Notes: generated by a model from the sequence alone, not told the origin. Numbered from the stretch's first letter, positions 1 to 9,853 are shown. The stretch is 64,000 nucleotides of DNA from Candidatus Latescibacterota bacterium (GCA_965203175.1 OZ241867.1:3488001-3552000); one strand, 5' to 3'. Program-made: numbers and translations.

Positions 1-1339
1 TTTCCCCGCCCGAGGCAATGCGCGCTAGAGATCGCGGGGCTTCGCCGGCATTGGCGGAAATGTGGAAGGCGACGTGCTCCATGCCGTGTTCTCCGGCCGC
101 GTAGCGACGCCCGTCGCGCTCGACTATCCCCTCTAGGTCTTCGGTGGTTGCCAGTTCGATGTAGAACTGGGCCTTAGCCATGCCCAACTCTCCGAGCACG
201 GCGACTAACGACCGCGACAAGGTGGCACTGGCCTGCTGGCGAGCCGCAGAAAGGGCCAGACAACAGGTGGCAAACTCGGCGAGTGCTTGATCGCGGTGCT
301 CGGCCGCTTGGGCTAGTTCGTCGCGGAGCAGGCTAGCGCGGTCTTCTCGCGCCGCAAGCTCGCGGGCGCGTTCTAAGACGGCATCAAGAGTGCCGCCGTA
401 TTTCTTTTTGAGGGTGCGCAGGCTGTCGCGGCGCTCGCGCAGTTCGTCGGCCCGCCCAGGACGCACCTCAATTCCGCGGGCATAGTCGCGGAGTTGGCTG
501 GCGAGATCTTCGACCTCGTAGATCAGCTCTTCTAAGGCCGCAGTTTGGGGGCCGAGCGCAGGGTCGATTTCGCGGAGTTGGTCGAGTTGACGACGCACTT
601 GGCTGAGAATCTCGTACACCGCGCCTTCGCGCTGATAGAGTCGGTCGTAGAGTTGAAGGCCGCCTTGGGATAGGGTCTCGGCGTTTTCGAGAACTTGCAA
701 CTCGCGCTCTATCTCGGGCTCTTCACCCGGTCGCGGTGTGAGGAGGCGGATTTCTTCTAACTGGAAAGTGCGCAGTTCGTCTTCGGCTGCGAGCGCGTCG
801 CGCTCTGCGCGCAACTGGTCGAGACGGGCTACGCTATCGCGGTAAGCGCGCCAGTGCTGTCCCACGAGGCGGCGCTGGTTGTCGAGGCCGGCAAACGCAT
901 CGAGAAAGCGGGCGTGGAGCTTGGGATCGAGTAGCGATTGGTGTTCGTGTTGGCCGTGCAGATCTACCAAGATCGCGCCGATTTGCTTTAGCTGCTTGAT
1001 TGGTTGACCTTGGCCGTTGACAAAGGCCCGCGAGCGGCCTTGGCCGCGAATCTCGCGGCGGAGGATGAGTTGTCCGTCCTCCAAGAGAACGCCCAGATCG
1101 GCTAAACGCGCGATTTGATCTTGGTCGCCGAGTTCAAAAAAGCCCTCTACCGCGCACGAGTTAGCCCCTTTGCGCACTAGCTCAGCGCTGACGGGACCAC
1201 CGAGGATGGAGTTGAGGGCACCGATGAGAATGGACTTGCCGGCCCCAGTTTCGCCGGTGACGACGTTGAGTCCGGGGCCAAATTCGATTATCGCTTCTTC
1301 GATAAGGGCAAAGTCCTTGATGTAGAGGCGAGTCAACAT
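1..1339 (-). CDS. recN: DNA repair protein RecN (3' end runs off window)
   Basis: Not in ORF track. Manual translation from ATG at 1339: MLTRLYIKDFALIEEAIIEFGPGLNVVTGETGAGKSILIGAL, later LVDLHGQHEHQSLL; both are RecN signatures. Confidence 0.95.
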   Translation of the reverse strand, partial: MLTRLYIKDFALIEEAIIEFGPGLNVVTGETGAGKSILIGALNSILGGPVSAELVRKGANSCAVEGFFELGDQDQIARLADLGVLLEDGQLILRREIRGQGRSRAFVNGQGQPIKQLKQIGAILVDLHGQHEHQSLLDPKLHARFLDAFAGLDNQRRLVGQHWRAYRDSVARLDQLRAERDALAAEDELRTFQLEEIRLLTPRPGEEPEIERELQVLENAETLSQGGLQLYDRLYQREGAVYEILSQVRRQLDQLREIDPALGPQTAALEELIYEVEDLASQLRDYARGIEVRPGRADELRERRDSLRTLKKKYGGTLDAVLERARELAAREDRASLLRDELAQAAEHRDQALAEFATCCLALSAARQQASATLSRSLVAVLGELGMAKAQFYIELATTEDLEGIVERDGRRYAAGEHGMEHVAFHISANAGEAPRSLARIASGGE

Positions 1340-1360
1340 CGGGCCGAGGCCGAGAGGCAG

Positions 1361-1588
1361 TTATTGGTCGTCGTCGTCCAGAAAGGAGAGGCGGAACTGG
1401 CCCTCGGCGTCGGCTGTGAGGACTTGGACGCGCTCGCGGGTCTGGTCGAGCCACTGGCTGCAAGCGCGCGAGGCGGCGACGCCCTTTTCAAATACTTCGA
1501 GGGCCTCTTCGAGCTTGAGATCGCCCGCTTCGAGGCGCTGGACGCTCTCTTCGAGCACGGCTAGGGATTCTTCAAAAGATTCACTCAT
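1361..1588 (-). CDS. xseB: Exodeoxyribonuclease VII small subunit
   Basis: MSESFEESLAVLEESVQRLEAGDLKLEEALEVFEKGV; overlaps xseA stop. Confidence 0.93.
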   Translation of the reverse strand: MSESFEESLAVLEESVQRLEAGDLKLEEALEVFEKGVAASRACSQWLDQTRERVQVLTADAEGQFRLSFLDDDDQ

Positions 1589-2825
1589 CGAGTTTCTCCT
1601 CCACACAGCAGATGGCACCTCCGCGGCGAAAGCGCAGTTGCAGTTTATCGCCCGGCTGAAGCTCGTCGCTGGCGCGGACGAGGCGTTTGTTGGCGACATG
1701 TTCCACTAGGGCAAAGCCGCGCGCTAAACTCGTAAGCGGGCTGAGGTCGTCGAGGCGGGTGGTGGCGTTAGCTAGGGCTTCGACCTGGGTGCGCAAAAAC
1801 CAATCGAAGGCGGTAGAAAGGGCTTGACGCCGCTCGTCGAGGTGTAGGCTTTGCTCCTGCAAGCGGTCGTCGAGGCGTGCGCGCAGACGGCTCGGGTCGC
1901 AGTAGCGCAATCGCTCCTCTAAAGAGCTGAGGTAGCGCTCGATTTCCGCTAGCAACCGGCCTTGTTGTTCGGCGACTCGCTCGCGCAGAGCACTGCGTTC
2001 ACGGGCGACCATTTCGGCTGCGGCCGAGGGAGTTGGGGCGCGGCAGTCGGCCACGTAGTCGGCGATGGTATAGTCGATCTCGTGACCGACGGCAGAGATG
2101 ACGGGCTGGGACGACTGGTAGATAGCCCGAGCGACGGATTCGTCGTTGAAGGGCCAGAGGTCTTCTGGCGCGCCGCCGCCGCGGCCGACGATCAACACGT
2201 CGATGTCGTCTAGTTGATTTAAATTGACGATGGCTTCGACGATCTCAGCGGTGGCCCCTTCGCCTTGGACCCGTGCGGGGCAGAGGACGATCTCGATATC
2301 CGGGGCGCGGCGGTCGAGGACTTGGATGATGTCGCGGATGGCCGCACCGGTTGGCGAGGTCACTACACCGATTTTGCGAGGGTACGGGGGCAGGGGTCGC
2401 TTGCGGTCTTCGGCGAATAGCCCTTCGGCCTCTAGGCGATTTTTGAGCTGCTCAAAGGCGATGGCCAACTCGCCGACACCAGCGGGTTTGAGCTGCTCGG
2501 CATAGAACTGGTATTTCCCTCCTCGCTCGTACACGGAGATATGTCCATACACTTGCACCTGCATGCCCTGTTGGGGGCTGAAGGAGAGCGAGCCAGCCTG
2601 CCACTTGAACATCACTGCGCTTAGTTGGCTCGCATTGTCTTTGAGCGTGAAATAGCGGTGGCCAGAGCTGTGGTGGTTGTACTGAGAGATTTCGCCCTCG
2701 ACCCAGCATTTGGGCAGGTTCTCCTCGAGCAGGCCCTTGACTTGGCTAGTGATTTCGGAGACTGAGTAAGGCCGGTGGGCTGCGTCTTCGGCGTCGGTCC
2801 AGAAGACTGGCTCTTGAAAGGACAT
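1581..2825 (-). CDS. xseA: Exodeoxyribonuclease VII large subunit
   Basis: WVEGEIS, SGHRYFTLKD, GVVTSPTGAAIRDI, GRGGG, SAVGHEID, RAPTPSAAAE; GGAGG before ATG 2825. Confidence 0.96.
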   Translation of the reverse strand: MSFQEPVFWTDAEDAAHRPYSVSEITSQVKGLLEENLPKCWVEGEISQYNHHSSGHRYFTLKDNASQLSAVMFKWQAGSLSFSPQQGMQVQVYGHISVYERGGKYQFYAEQLKPAGVGELAIAFEQLKNRLEAEGLFAEDRKRPLPPYPRKIGVVTSPTGAAIRDIIQVLDRRAPDIEIVLCPARVQGEGATAEIVEAIVNLNQLDDIDVLIVGRGGGAPEDLWPFNDESVARAIYQSSQPVISAVGHEIDYTIADYVADCRAPTPSAAAEMVARERSALRERVAEQQGRLLAEIERYLSSLEERLRYCDPSRLRARLDDRLQEQSLHLDERRQALSTAFDWFLRTQVEALANATTRLDDLSPLTSLARGFALVEHVANKRLVRASDELQPGDKLQLRFRRGGAICCVEEKLDE

Positions 2826-2891
2826 AGGTCCTCCGGTTGGGGAAGCGGAAGCCGATTGGAGCAAACAGGATAGGCCGCAGCAGGGGCGAGG

Positions 2892-3674
2892 TCAAGGCTC
2901 CGCTAGCTGCAATCGCTCGATCCGAATAGCCCGGCCGCTTATCTCGTCGGCCTCGACGAGCGCGCCGCAGAGGACCGCTTTGCCGTCAGCGGGTTTGAAG
3001 CGGGTGGGTACTTGGGTGAGGAAGCGTTGGATGGCCATTTCGGGACGCACGCCAATCACGGATTCGCGGGTGCCGGTCATGCCGGCGTCGGTTAGGTACG
3101 CCGTGCCTTTGGGCAGGATGTGCTCATCTGCGGTTTGCACGTGGGTGTGGGTGCCGATGACTGCGGTGACCAATCCGTCGAGGTGGAAGCCCATGGCCAT
3201 TTTTTCGGCTGTAGCTTCGGCGTGGAAATCCACAAAGATTAGAGGAGTCTCTGCGCGCAGGCGTTCGACTTCGGCACGGCCCGTGCGGAAGGGGCAATCG
3301 GTAATGGGCATACCGGTGCGCCCTTGGAGACAGAGCACGGCTACCGGGGGACCTCCGCGTGCGGCAACGACGGTCGCACCTATGCCGGGGGCCTCTTTTG
3401 GGTAGTTGAAGGGGCGTAGGACGCGGTCGGATTGGTCTAGGTACGGGATGAACTCGCGGCGGTCCCAGACGTGGTTGCCGCTAGTGATGATGTCGGCACC
3501 GTAGCTGTGCAACTTGTGCGCGATGCGGTCGGTGAGGCCAAATCCTCCGGCTGCATTTTCGCCGTTGGCGATTACTAGAGAGACTTCGCGCTGTTGCACC
3601 AACTTGGGAATCAGAGCCGCGGCGACCCGGCGACCCGGCTGGGCAAAGATATCGGCGACGAAGAGAATGTTCAC
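2892..3674 (-). CDS. ymdB: YmdB/TIGR00282 family metallophosphoesterase
   Basis: NGENAAGG, SGNHVWD, VDFHAEATAEK, GTHTHVQTAD, TDAGMTG; directly after rny. Confidence 0.92.
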   Translation of the reverse strand: MNILFVADIFAQPGRRVAAALIPKLVQQREVSLVIANGENAAGGFGLTDRIAHKLHSYGADIITSGNHVWDRREFIPYLDQSDRVLRPFNYPKEAPGIGATVVAARGGPPVAVLCLQGRTGMPITDCPFRTGRAEVERLRAETPLIFVDFHAEATAEKMAMGFHLDGLVTAVIGTHTHVQTADEHILPKGTAYLTDAGMTGTRESVIGVRPEMAIQRFLTQVPTRFKPADGKAVLCGALVEADEISGRAIRIERLQLAEP

Positions 3675-5245
3675 CGCGCGTAGGACTCGGCGCGCATTTC
3701 GCGAATGATGCAGACGCGCAACTGACCGGGATATTCGAGCTGTTGCTCGATTTTGTTGGTGATTTCGTCGGCGAGTTGTTCGGCATACGTGTCGTCCACC
3801 ACCCCACTATCGACCAAGACCCGAACTTCCTTGCCATTTTGCAGAGCAAAAGCTTGCTTCACGCCTACGTAATCGGCCGCGAGTTCCTCAATCTGGTGTA
3901 AGCGGCGGATGTACTCCTCGACTTTTTCCTTGCGGGCACCTGGGCGGTGGGTGGATATCTCATTGGCAGATTCGACGAGTACGGAGATGGCCGAACGCGA
4001 GGGCGTGTGCTTGCTGTGGGTTTCGATGATCTGCACGACTTCAGGGCTTTCGCCGCACTTGCGGGCCAGCACGGCGCTGCTTTGCGCTGGGTCGTTGCCC
4101 AACTCGAAGTCTTGTGCCTTGCCTATGTCGTGCAAGAGACCAGCGCGGCGGGCCAACGTCACGTCGAGGTCGAGCATCTCGGCCATCATGCCGGCTAAGA
4201 ACCCGACTTCCTTGCTGTGGACCAACAAGTTTTGACCGTAGCTGGTGCGGAAACGGAGCTTGCCCAGAATTTCCAATAGCGGCTCGGCCAAGTCGTGAAT
4301 ACCGAGGTCAAAGGCGGCTTTGGAGCCGGACTCGCGGATCATCTCCTCGACAGTGCTGCGAGCCTTGTCGTACACTTCCTCGACGCGCCCGGGATGGATG
4401 CGCCCATCGCGGATGAGCGTTTCGAGGGTATGCCTGGCCACCTCGCGGCGCAGTGGATCAAAGCCCGAGAGCATGACCATGCTAGGGGTATCATCGACGA
4501 TTACTTCGACGCCGGTGATCATTTCAAAGGAGCGGATGTTGCGCCCGTCGCGACCGATGATGCGTCCCTTCATGTCGTCGAAGGGGATGGGTACTACCGA
4601 AAGCGTACTCTCGACGGTCAGCTCTCCTGCGAAACGCTGGATGGCGCGGGTGATGATTTCCTTGGCCTCTAGGTTGGCCGTGGCAATCGCGGTATCCTTG
4701 ATCTCGCGGACCCTGCGGGCGGCGACTCGGCGCGCCCCCCCCTCTAGCTGATCAACGAGTATGCGTCGGGCCTCTTGCTGGCTGATGCCAGCCAACTCTT
4801 CCAGCCGCTGACTCTGCTGGTGGACAAGATCCTGTGCTTGCGTCTCGGCTGCAGCTATGGCCGCCTCGCGGCGGTCGAGGTCCTGCTCGTTTTTGAGCTG
4901 TTCTCGCTCCTTGCTTGTGAGCAAGTCTATTTTGCGCTCTAGTTGCTGTTCGCGCTCTAGCAGCTTGGCCGCGAGGTCGCGCTGCGAGCGCCTCTGCGTC
5001 TCTTGTTCCTTTTCCAGCGGGGCGCGCTCGCTGTGCCACTCGTCTCTCGCTTCGAGCAAGGCATTTTTTTTCAGCACTTCGGCTTCTTGGCGGGCGCGAG
5101 AGACGATCTGATCGGCGGTAGCTTGAGTGCTGCGCAGTCTGCTGTTGCGCACTCGCTCATTTCCCAACCAGCCGAGGAGACAGCCGCCAGCAAAAAAGGC
5201 AAAGGCAGAACAGATTAGGACTATATAGTCAAACCCATTAAACAT
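3671..5245 (-). CDS. rny: Ribonuclease Y (TM anchor, coiled coil, KH, HD; HD domain divergent)
   Basis: N-terminal hydrophobic helix, MKGRIIGRDGRNIR (KH), RTSYGQN, GLLHDIGK, RPGAR, YPGQ. Confidence 0.93.
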   Translation of the reverse strand: MFNGFDYIVLICSAFAFFAGGCLLGWLGNERVRNSRLRSTQATADQIVSRARQEAEVLKKNALLEARDEWHSERAPLEKEQETQRRSQRDLAAKLLEREQQLERKIDLLTSKEREQLKNEQDLDRREAAIAAAETQAQDLVHQQSQRLEELAGISQQEARRILVDQLEGGARRVAARRVREIKDTAIATANLEAKEIITRAIQRFAGELTVESTLSVVPIPFDDMKGRIIGRDGRNIRSFEMITGVEVIVDDTPSMVMLSGFDPLRREVARHTLETLIRDGRIHPGRVEEVYDKARSTVEEMIRESGSKAAFDLGIHDLAEPLLEILGKLRFRTSYGQNLLVHSKEVGFLAGMMAEMLDLDVTLARRAGLLHDIGKAQDFELGNDPAQSSAVLARKCGESPEVVQIIETHSKHTPSRSAISVLVESANEISTHRPGARKEKVEEYIRRLHQIEELAADYVGVKQAFALQNGKEVRVLVDSGVVDDTYAEQLADEITNKIEQQLEYPGQLRVCIIREMRAESYAR

Positions 5246-5324
5246 GGGTGTCTCTTTCTCATGGGGCTCGACGCCTTCGGGCATCGGGCCAGAGCACGGG
5301 GCGAACCCTGCTCAGCACACTGCT

Positions 5325-5639
5325 TCAGTGATCGGAACGGGGGGCTTCCACTTCGGCAAAAAGGTGCCCAAGCGAGGCGGCGAGTTGAGAGGTCCGCGAG
5401 GCGATATCAGCTTCGGCTGAAGCGTAGTCCTTCCGCAGGGTTAGGAGTTCCTCCACCAAGCTAAGACTAGCTAGGATAGCCACTTGGAGTGGGGAGCCAC
5501 CTTTGATCTCGCGCTCGATCTCGTGCATACGCACGTCTAACATTTCGGCGAGCTTTTGCACGTGTTCGGCGGAGTGTTCTTGATCGACCCCTAGGGTGTA
5601 GTGCTTGTCGAATATTTTGACCACTACTTGGGACGACAT
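5325..5639 (-). CDS. zapA: Cell division protein ZapA
   Basis: VKIFDKHYTL...LDVRMHEI...VAILASLSLVEEL; pheT-zapB-zapA-rny synteny. Confidence 0.85.
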   Translation of the reverse strand: MSSQVVVKIFDKHYTLGVDQEHSAEHVQKLAEMLDVRMHEIEREIKGGSPLQVAILASLSLVEELLTLRKDYASAEADIASRTSQLAASLGHLFAEVEAPRSDH

Positions 5640-5708
5640 ACCTAGACCCCTTTCTCAGACATCGTTGTCCTGTTCGGCCTCTATGTGGGCCACTTCGACC
5701 TGATCGAG

Positions 5709-5990
5709 CTATTCTTTCTCACTGCTGACGGTGCCGTCCAAGCGGCTGAGGAGCTGTTCAATGCGTCCTTTCACCACTTCTTTGTCCTTTTTGAACTGTT
5801 CGTTCTCACTGATAGCGGTGCTGATTTTTTTTTCGAGGCTTTGGACTTCGGCCTGCAAGGTGTCATTTTTTTCTTTCAGACCCTTAACCTGCCCACTCAG
5901 CTCGTCGTTTTCCTTGCGGAGCGTTTCGAGTACTCCCGTCAGTCGGTTGATGTGGTGCTCAAGGCGTTCAAAATTTTCGTTTACATCCAT
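5709..5990 (-). CDS. zapB: ZapB-like coiled-coil cell division protein
   Basis: 93 aa all coiled coil ending VKGRIEQLLSRLD; between pheT and zapA. Confidence 0.7.
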   Translation of the reverse strand: MDVNENFERLEHHINRLTGVLETLRKENDELSGQVKGLKEKNDTLQAEVQSLEKKISTAISENEQFKKDKEVVKGRIEQLLSRLDGTVSSEKE

Positions 5991-6022
5991 TGGAGCGGTT
6001 GTACTCCTGATTGAAGTTGGGA

Positions 6023-8401
6023 TTAGCGCAGGCGAGCACCGAACCGCGTCTGGAGGCCCTTGAGCATCGAGGAGATCGCCGCATCGGCCTGAGCATCCTG
6101 TAACGTCTGATCGCGGTCGCGCAGACGAATGGCGAAAGCCACGCTCTTATAGCCTTCTTCTATTTGATCTCCTTGGTAGAAATCAAAAACCTCAATGGAT
6201 TCGACGAGGCGGGGCGCGCTATCTTGCATAGTAGCTATGAGTTCGGCGGTTGCAGTGTCTGCGCGTACGACTACGGCCAAGTCGCGCTCGATCGGCGGAA
6301 ACTTGGGGAGCGCGGAAAACGAGCGCTCTCGACCGTGCCAATGGCGAGCTAGCGCGGTGAACGATATTTCAAAAATATGTACTTGACGCTCTAAATCAAA
6401 TGCCGCGCACAAGTCGGCCGAAACTTGGCCCAACCAGCCGAGGGGTCGATCATCGAGGGAGACGCAAGCTGCGTGCCCCGAGCGGCATTCGGGACGGTCG
6501 ACGGGGGTAAAGCGTAGATTCTCTCCGCCCACTAGCGCTTCGAGCAAGCCCTTGAGGTCGAAAAAGTCGGCCTCGCGGGCGTCGGCCTGATAGGGAGACG
6601 CTGAGACGCGGCCCGACCACAGGGCTGCGAGGTGCCAGTTCTCCTTGGGCCTTGAGTCCTTTTCCTCGCTGGCGACAAAGCATTTGCCCAGTTCGAAGAT
6701 GGCTACCTCCGTGGCCCGCTGGTTGAAGTTGCGACACGCGACATCCAAAAGGCTTGGCACCAAGGTGGTACGCAAGGCGTCTTGGGTTTCGGCTGGCGGG
6801 TTGGCCAAGCGGGCGGCACGGTCTGCGGCACCGACTAGCTCGAGCCAGCGAGATTCGACGATAGTATTGCTGACGACTTCATCCAAACCCAGGCCCAAGA
6901 GCCGCTGTCGAACGATCTGCCTAAAGGTGAACTCGGGGTCGCGCCGGGTGATCCAAGGCCCAGATGCTTCTTGGCGACCCTCAATGCGGTCGAAGCCGTA
7001 GATGCGGCCGACTTCCTCGATGAGGTCGGCCGGGCGCGTTAGATCGGGACGAAAGCTCGGGGCTGCTACCACGAGGGAGCGGCCCGATTCGACCTGGCAG
7101 CCGAGGCGTTCGAGAATCTGGACGATGGCAGCGGAGTCTAACTCCGTAGCCAAGAGTTGGTTGGCGCGGTCGACGCAGAGTGGAATCTGGCGGCACTGGC
7201 CGGGGCGAGGGTACACGTCTAGAGGATCTGGGGCGACCGCGCCGCCGGTTAGTTCGGCGATTAGTTGGGCCGCGCGGTCAATGGCTCGCACCGGGGCGTC
7301 CCAATCGGCACCGCGCTCAAAACGCGTGGACGCCTCGGTGAAAAGCCCCAGACGAGACCGGGCTAGCCGCACCCGCGACGGTGCGAAATACGCGCTTTCG
7401 AGCAGGATATTCGTGGTCGCCTCCGATACTTGGGAATGGGCTCCACCCATGACTCCGGCTAGTGCTTGGGGCCGCGTCCCATCGGCAATGACCAGCATCT
7501 CTTCGTCGAGTTGACACTGGGTACCGTCGAGGGTTTCCAAGGTCTCGCCGGCGCGCGCCCGGCGGACGATGATGCGCCGCTGATCCAGTGCATGCAGGTC
7601 AAAGGCGTGCAGGGGGTGCCCCAATTCCAGCAGTACGTAGTTGGTAGTATCGACGACGTTGTTGATTGGACGCTGACCCACGGCTTGCAGTCGGCGCTGG
7701 AGCCACTGGGGCGAGGGACCAACCTCGACGCCGCGCACGACGCGGCCGACGTAGCGCGGGCAATCGTCCGGTGCCTCAATGTCGATCCGCGCGTCTTCCG
7801 CAGTGGCCGGTCCGCTTTCGGGCACCTGTGCGTTGGGAAAGCGGAGGGGGTTGCCAGTGAGTGCGTGGACCTCGCGGGCAATGCCCAAGAGACTCAGGCA
7901 GTCTGGACGGTTGGGCGTAACTTCGAAGTCAATGACCACGTCATCGAGCTCAGTGGCCGCGGCAAAAGGGGTGCCGACCGGGAGGGCTTCGTCGAGCACC
8001 ACAATGCCGTCGTGGTTATCGCCTAGCCCGAGTTCGTCTGCGGCACAGAGCATGCCTTCGGATGCGACGCCGCGGATTTTGGCTTTTTTGATCTGCATGC
8101 CTCCGGGCAGAGTAGTGCCGGGCAGGGCGACGGCGACGGTTTGCCCGGCCGCGACATTGGGTGCCCCACAGACGATGGTGTTGACCCTGGTCCCCACATC
8201 GACTTGACAGACGGTCAGACGGTCGGCGTTTTCGTGTGGGCAACAGGTGTTGACGCGGCCGATGACGACGCCCTCGTAGCGCGCGCCGAGATCCTCGACG
8301 CCCTCGAATTCCAAGCCCGCCATGGTCAGGCGCTCGGCTAGCTCGGGCCAATCCCAGGCGAAATCCACGTATTCCTTAAGCCATTTATAGGTAATTTTCA
8401 T
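6023..8401 (-). CDS. pheT: Phenylalanine-tRNA ligase beta subunit
   Basis: MKITYKWLKEY, IVCGAPNV, TPNRPDCLS, RFERG, DLIEEVGRIYG, FDX-ACB C-terminus. Confidence 0.97.
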   Translation of the reverse strand: MKITYKWLKEYVDFAWDWPELAERLTMAGLEFEGVEDLGARYEGVVIGRVNTCCPHENADRLTVCQVDVGTRVNTIVCGAPNVAAGQTVAVALPGTTLPGGMQIKKAKIRGVASEGMLCAADELGLGDNHDGIVVLDEALPVGTPFAAATELDDVVIDFEVTPNRPDCLSLLGIAREVHALTGNPLRFPNAQVPESGPATAEDARIDIEAPDDCPRYVGRVVRGVEVGPSPQWLQRRLQAVGQRPINNVVDTTNYVLLELGHPLHAFDLHALDQRRIIVRRARAGETLETLDGTQCQLDEEMLVIADGTRPQALAGVMGGAHSQVSEATTNILLESAYFAPSRVRLARSRLGLFTEASTRFERGADWDAPVRAIDRAAQLIAELTGGAVAPDPLDVYPRPGQCRQIPLCVDRANQLLATELDSAAIVQILERLGCQVESGRSLVVAAPSFRPDLTRPADLIEEVGRIYGFDRIEGRQEASGPWITRRDPEFTFRQIVRQRLLGLGLDEVVSNTIVESRWLELVGAADRAARLANPPAETQDALRTTLVPSLLDVACRNFNQRATEVAIFELGKCFVASEEKDSRPKENWHLAALWSGRVSASPYQADAREADFFDLKGLLEALVGGENLRFTPVDRPECRSGHAACVSLDDRPLGWLGQVSADLCAAFDLERQVHIFEISFTALARHWHGRERSFSALPKFPPIERDLAVVVRADTATAELIATMQDSAPRLVESIEVFDFYQGDQIEEGYKSVAFAIRLRDRDQTLQDAQADAAISSMLKGLQTRFGARLR

Positions 8402-8419
8402 AAGGCGTTGTCGGGAATC

Positions 8420-9430
8420 TCAGAATTGGCGGATGAACCGCAAGTCGTTTTCGAGGAAGCGCCGGACGTCGTCAATGCCGTGCCGAATCATGGCGATCCG
8501 CTCCAATCCCATGCCGAAGGCGAAGCCCGTGTATTCGTCTGGGTCGTAGCCCACCGCGGCAAAGACGGCCGGGTCGACCATGCCGGCCCCGGCGATTTCG
8601 ATCCAACCCGTTCCTTTGCAAATAGAGCAATTCGCGCGTTGCCCCTTGCAGATGCAGGTGAAATCGTATTCCACGCTTGGCTCAGTAAAGGGAAAGAAGT
8701 GAGGCCGAAAGCGCACTTGGGTCTCCCCGCCCATAAGTTGGCGTCCCATGGCCTCAATAGTGCCCTTCAAGTCGGCGAAAGAGACGCCGTGGTCGACGTA
8801 TAGACCCTCGATTTGGTGGAAGGCGAAGTGGTGAGTTGCATCGACCGTCTCCTTGCGGTAGCAGCGACCCAATGAGATGATCCGCACCGGCGGCAGCGTT
8901 TGCTCCATAACGCGGATTTGTACCGTGGAGGTGTGGGTGCGCATGAGTCCACCGCGCTCTAGATAGAAGGTGTCGTGCAGGTCCCGTGCAGGGTGGTCGG
9001 CCGGCGTGTTGAGGGCGTCGAAATTGTGGTACTCATCTTCGGCTTCCGGACCGTCGGCCACGTCAAAACCCATACCTTGGAAAATGCCAATCAATTCGTC
9101 GGTTAGCTGGGACAGGGGGTGAGCACAGCCCAAGAGGGGCTGTCGGCCCGGAAGCGTTACGTCGAGGGCAGAAGCCGAGTCGGCCGCCTGCCTAAGGGCT
9201 AGGACCTTGTCGTCGAGAGCTTGCCGAATGGCCTGTTGGGCGCGACCGGTGGCTTCCCCTAGCGCGGGTCGTTCGGTCGCGGGTTGCTGGCCGATCTGCC
9301 GCGCGATCAGGCGCAGTCGGCTCTTGCGCCCGAGGTGGTGAACTCGCAGTGCTTCCAATGCCTTATCGTCTTGGGCGGCCTCGATTTCCTCTACGGCTAC
9401 CGCCGCCAATTGTCGCACTTCTTCTAGCAT
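8420..9430 (-). CDS. pheS: Phenylalanine-tRNA ligase alpha subunit
   Basis: HPARDLHDTFY, RTHTS, FRPHFFPFTEPS, GFAFGMGLERIAM. Confidence 0.97.
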   Translation of the reverse strand: MLEEVRQLAAVAVEEIEAAQDDKALEALRVHHLGRKSRLRLIARQIGQQPATERPALGEATGRAQQAIRQALDDKVLALRQAADSASALDVTLPGRQPLLGCAHPLSQLTDELIGIFQGMGFDVADGPEAEDEYHNFDALNTPADHPARDLHDTFYLERGGLMRTHTSTVQIRVMEQTLPPVRIISLGRCYRKETVDATHHFAFHQIEGLYVDHGVSFADLKGTIEAMGRQLMGGETQVRFRPHFFPFTEPSVEYDFTCICKGQRANCSICKGTGWIEIAGAGMVDPAVFAAVGYDPDEYTGFAFGMGLERIAMIRHGIDDVRRFLENDLRFIRQF

Positions 9431-9444
9431 ATAGACCTAAATAG

Positions 9445-9480
9445 AACAAAAAGGGCCCGGCGCGTATCGCCGACCCCTTT
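9445..9480 (-). terminator. Intrinsic terminator between rplT and pheS
   Basis: Minus strand aaaggggtcggcg-atacg-cgccgggccctt followed by tttgtt. Confidence 0.65.
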
Positions 9481-9499
9481 CTGTCAGATGAGTATGAGT

Positions 9500-9853
9500 T
9501 TAGACGTGGGGCCGGGCTTGTTCGACTACCGCGGCAAAAGCGGCTGGATCGCGCACGGCTAGATCAGCCAAGACCTTGCGGTTGATTGCAACGCCGGCTT
9601 GGCCTAGCCCGTGGACGAGTTGGCTATAAGACATGCCATTGCGGCGGGCGGCGGCATTGATGCGGACAATCCAGAGGCGGCGGAAATCCCGCTTGCGCTG
9701 GCGCCGGTCGCGGTAGGCATAAGCTTGAGCGCGATCAACAGCTTCGCGCGCGGTGCGGAAGAGGCGGCTGCGCGCTCCCCAATAGCCCTTGGATTGTTTG
9801 AGTACCTTCTTTTTGCGCTTCTTGGTGGCTACGGCATGACTTACCCGTGGCAT
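9500..9853 (-). CDS. rplT: 50S ribosomal protein L20
   Basis: MPRV...KGYWGARSR...[23 protein letters not shown]. Confidence 0.98.
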   Translation of the reverse strand: MPRVSHAVATKKRKKKVLKQSKGYWGARSRLFRTAREAVDRAQAYAYRDRRQRKRDFRRLWIVRINAAARRNGMSYSQLVHGLGQAGVAINRKVLADLAVRDPAAFAAVVEQARPHV

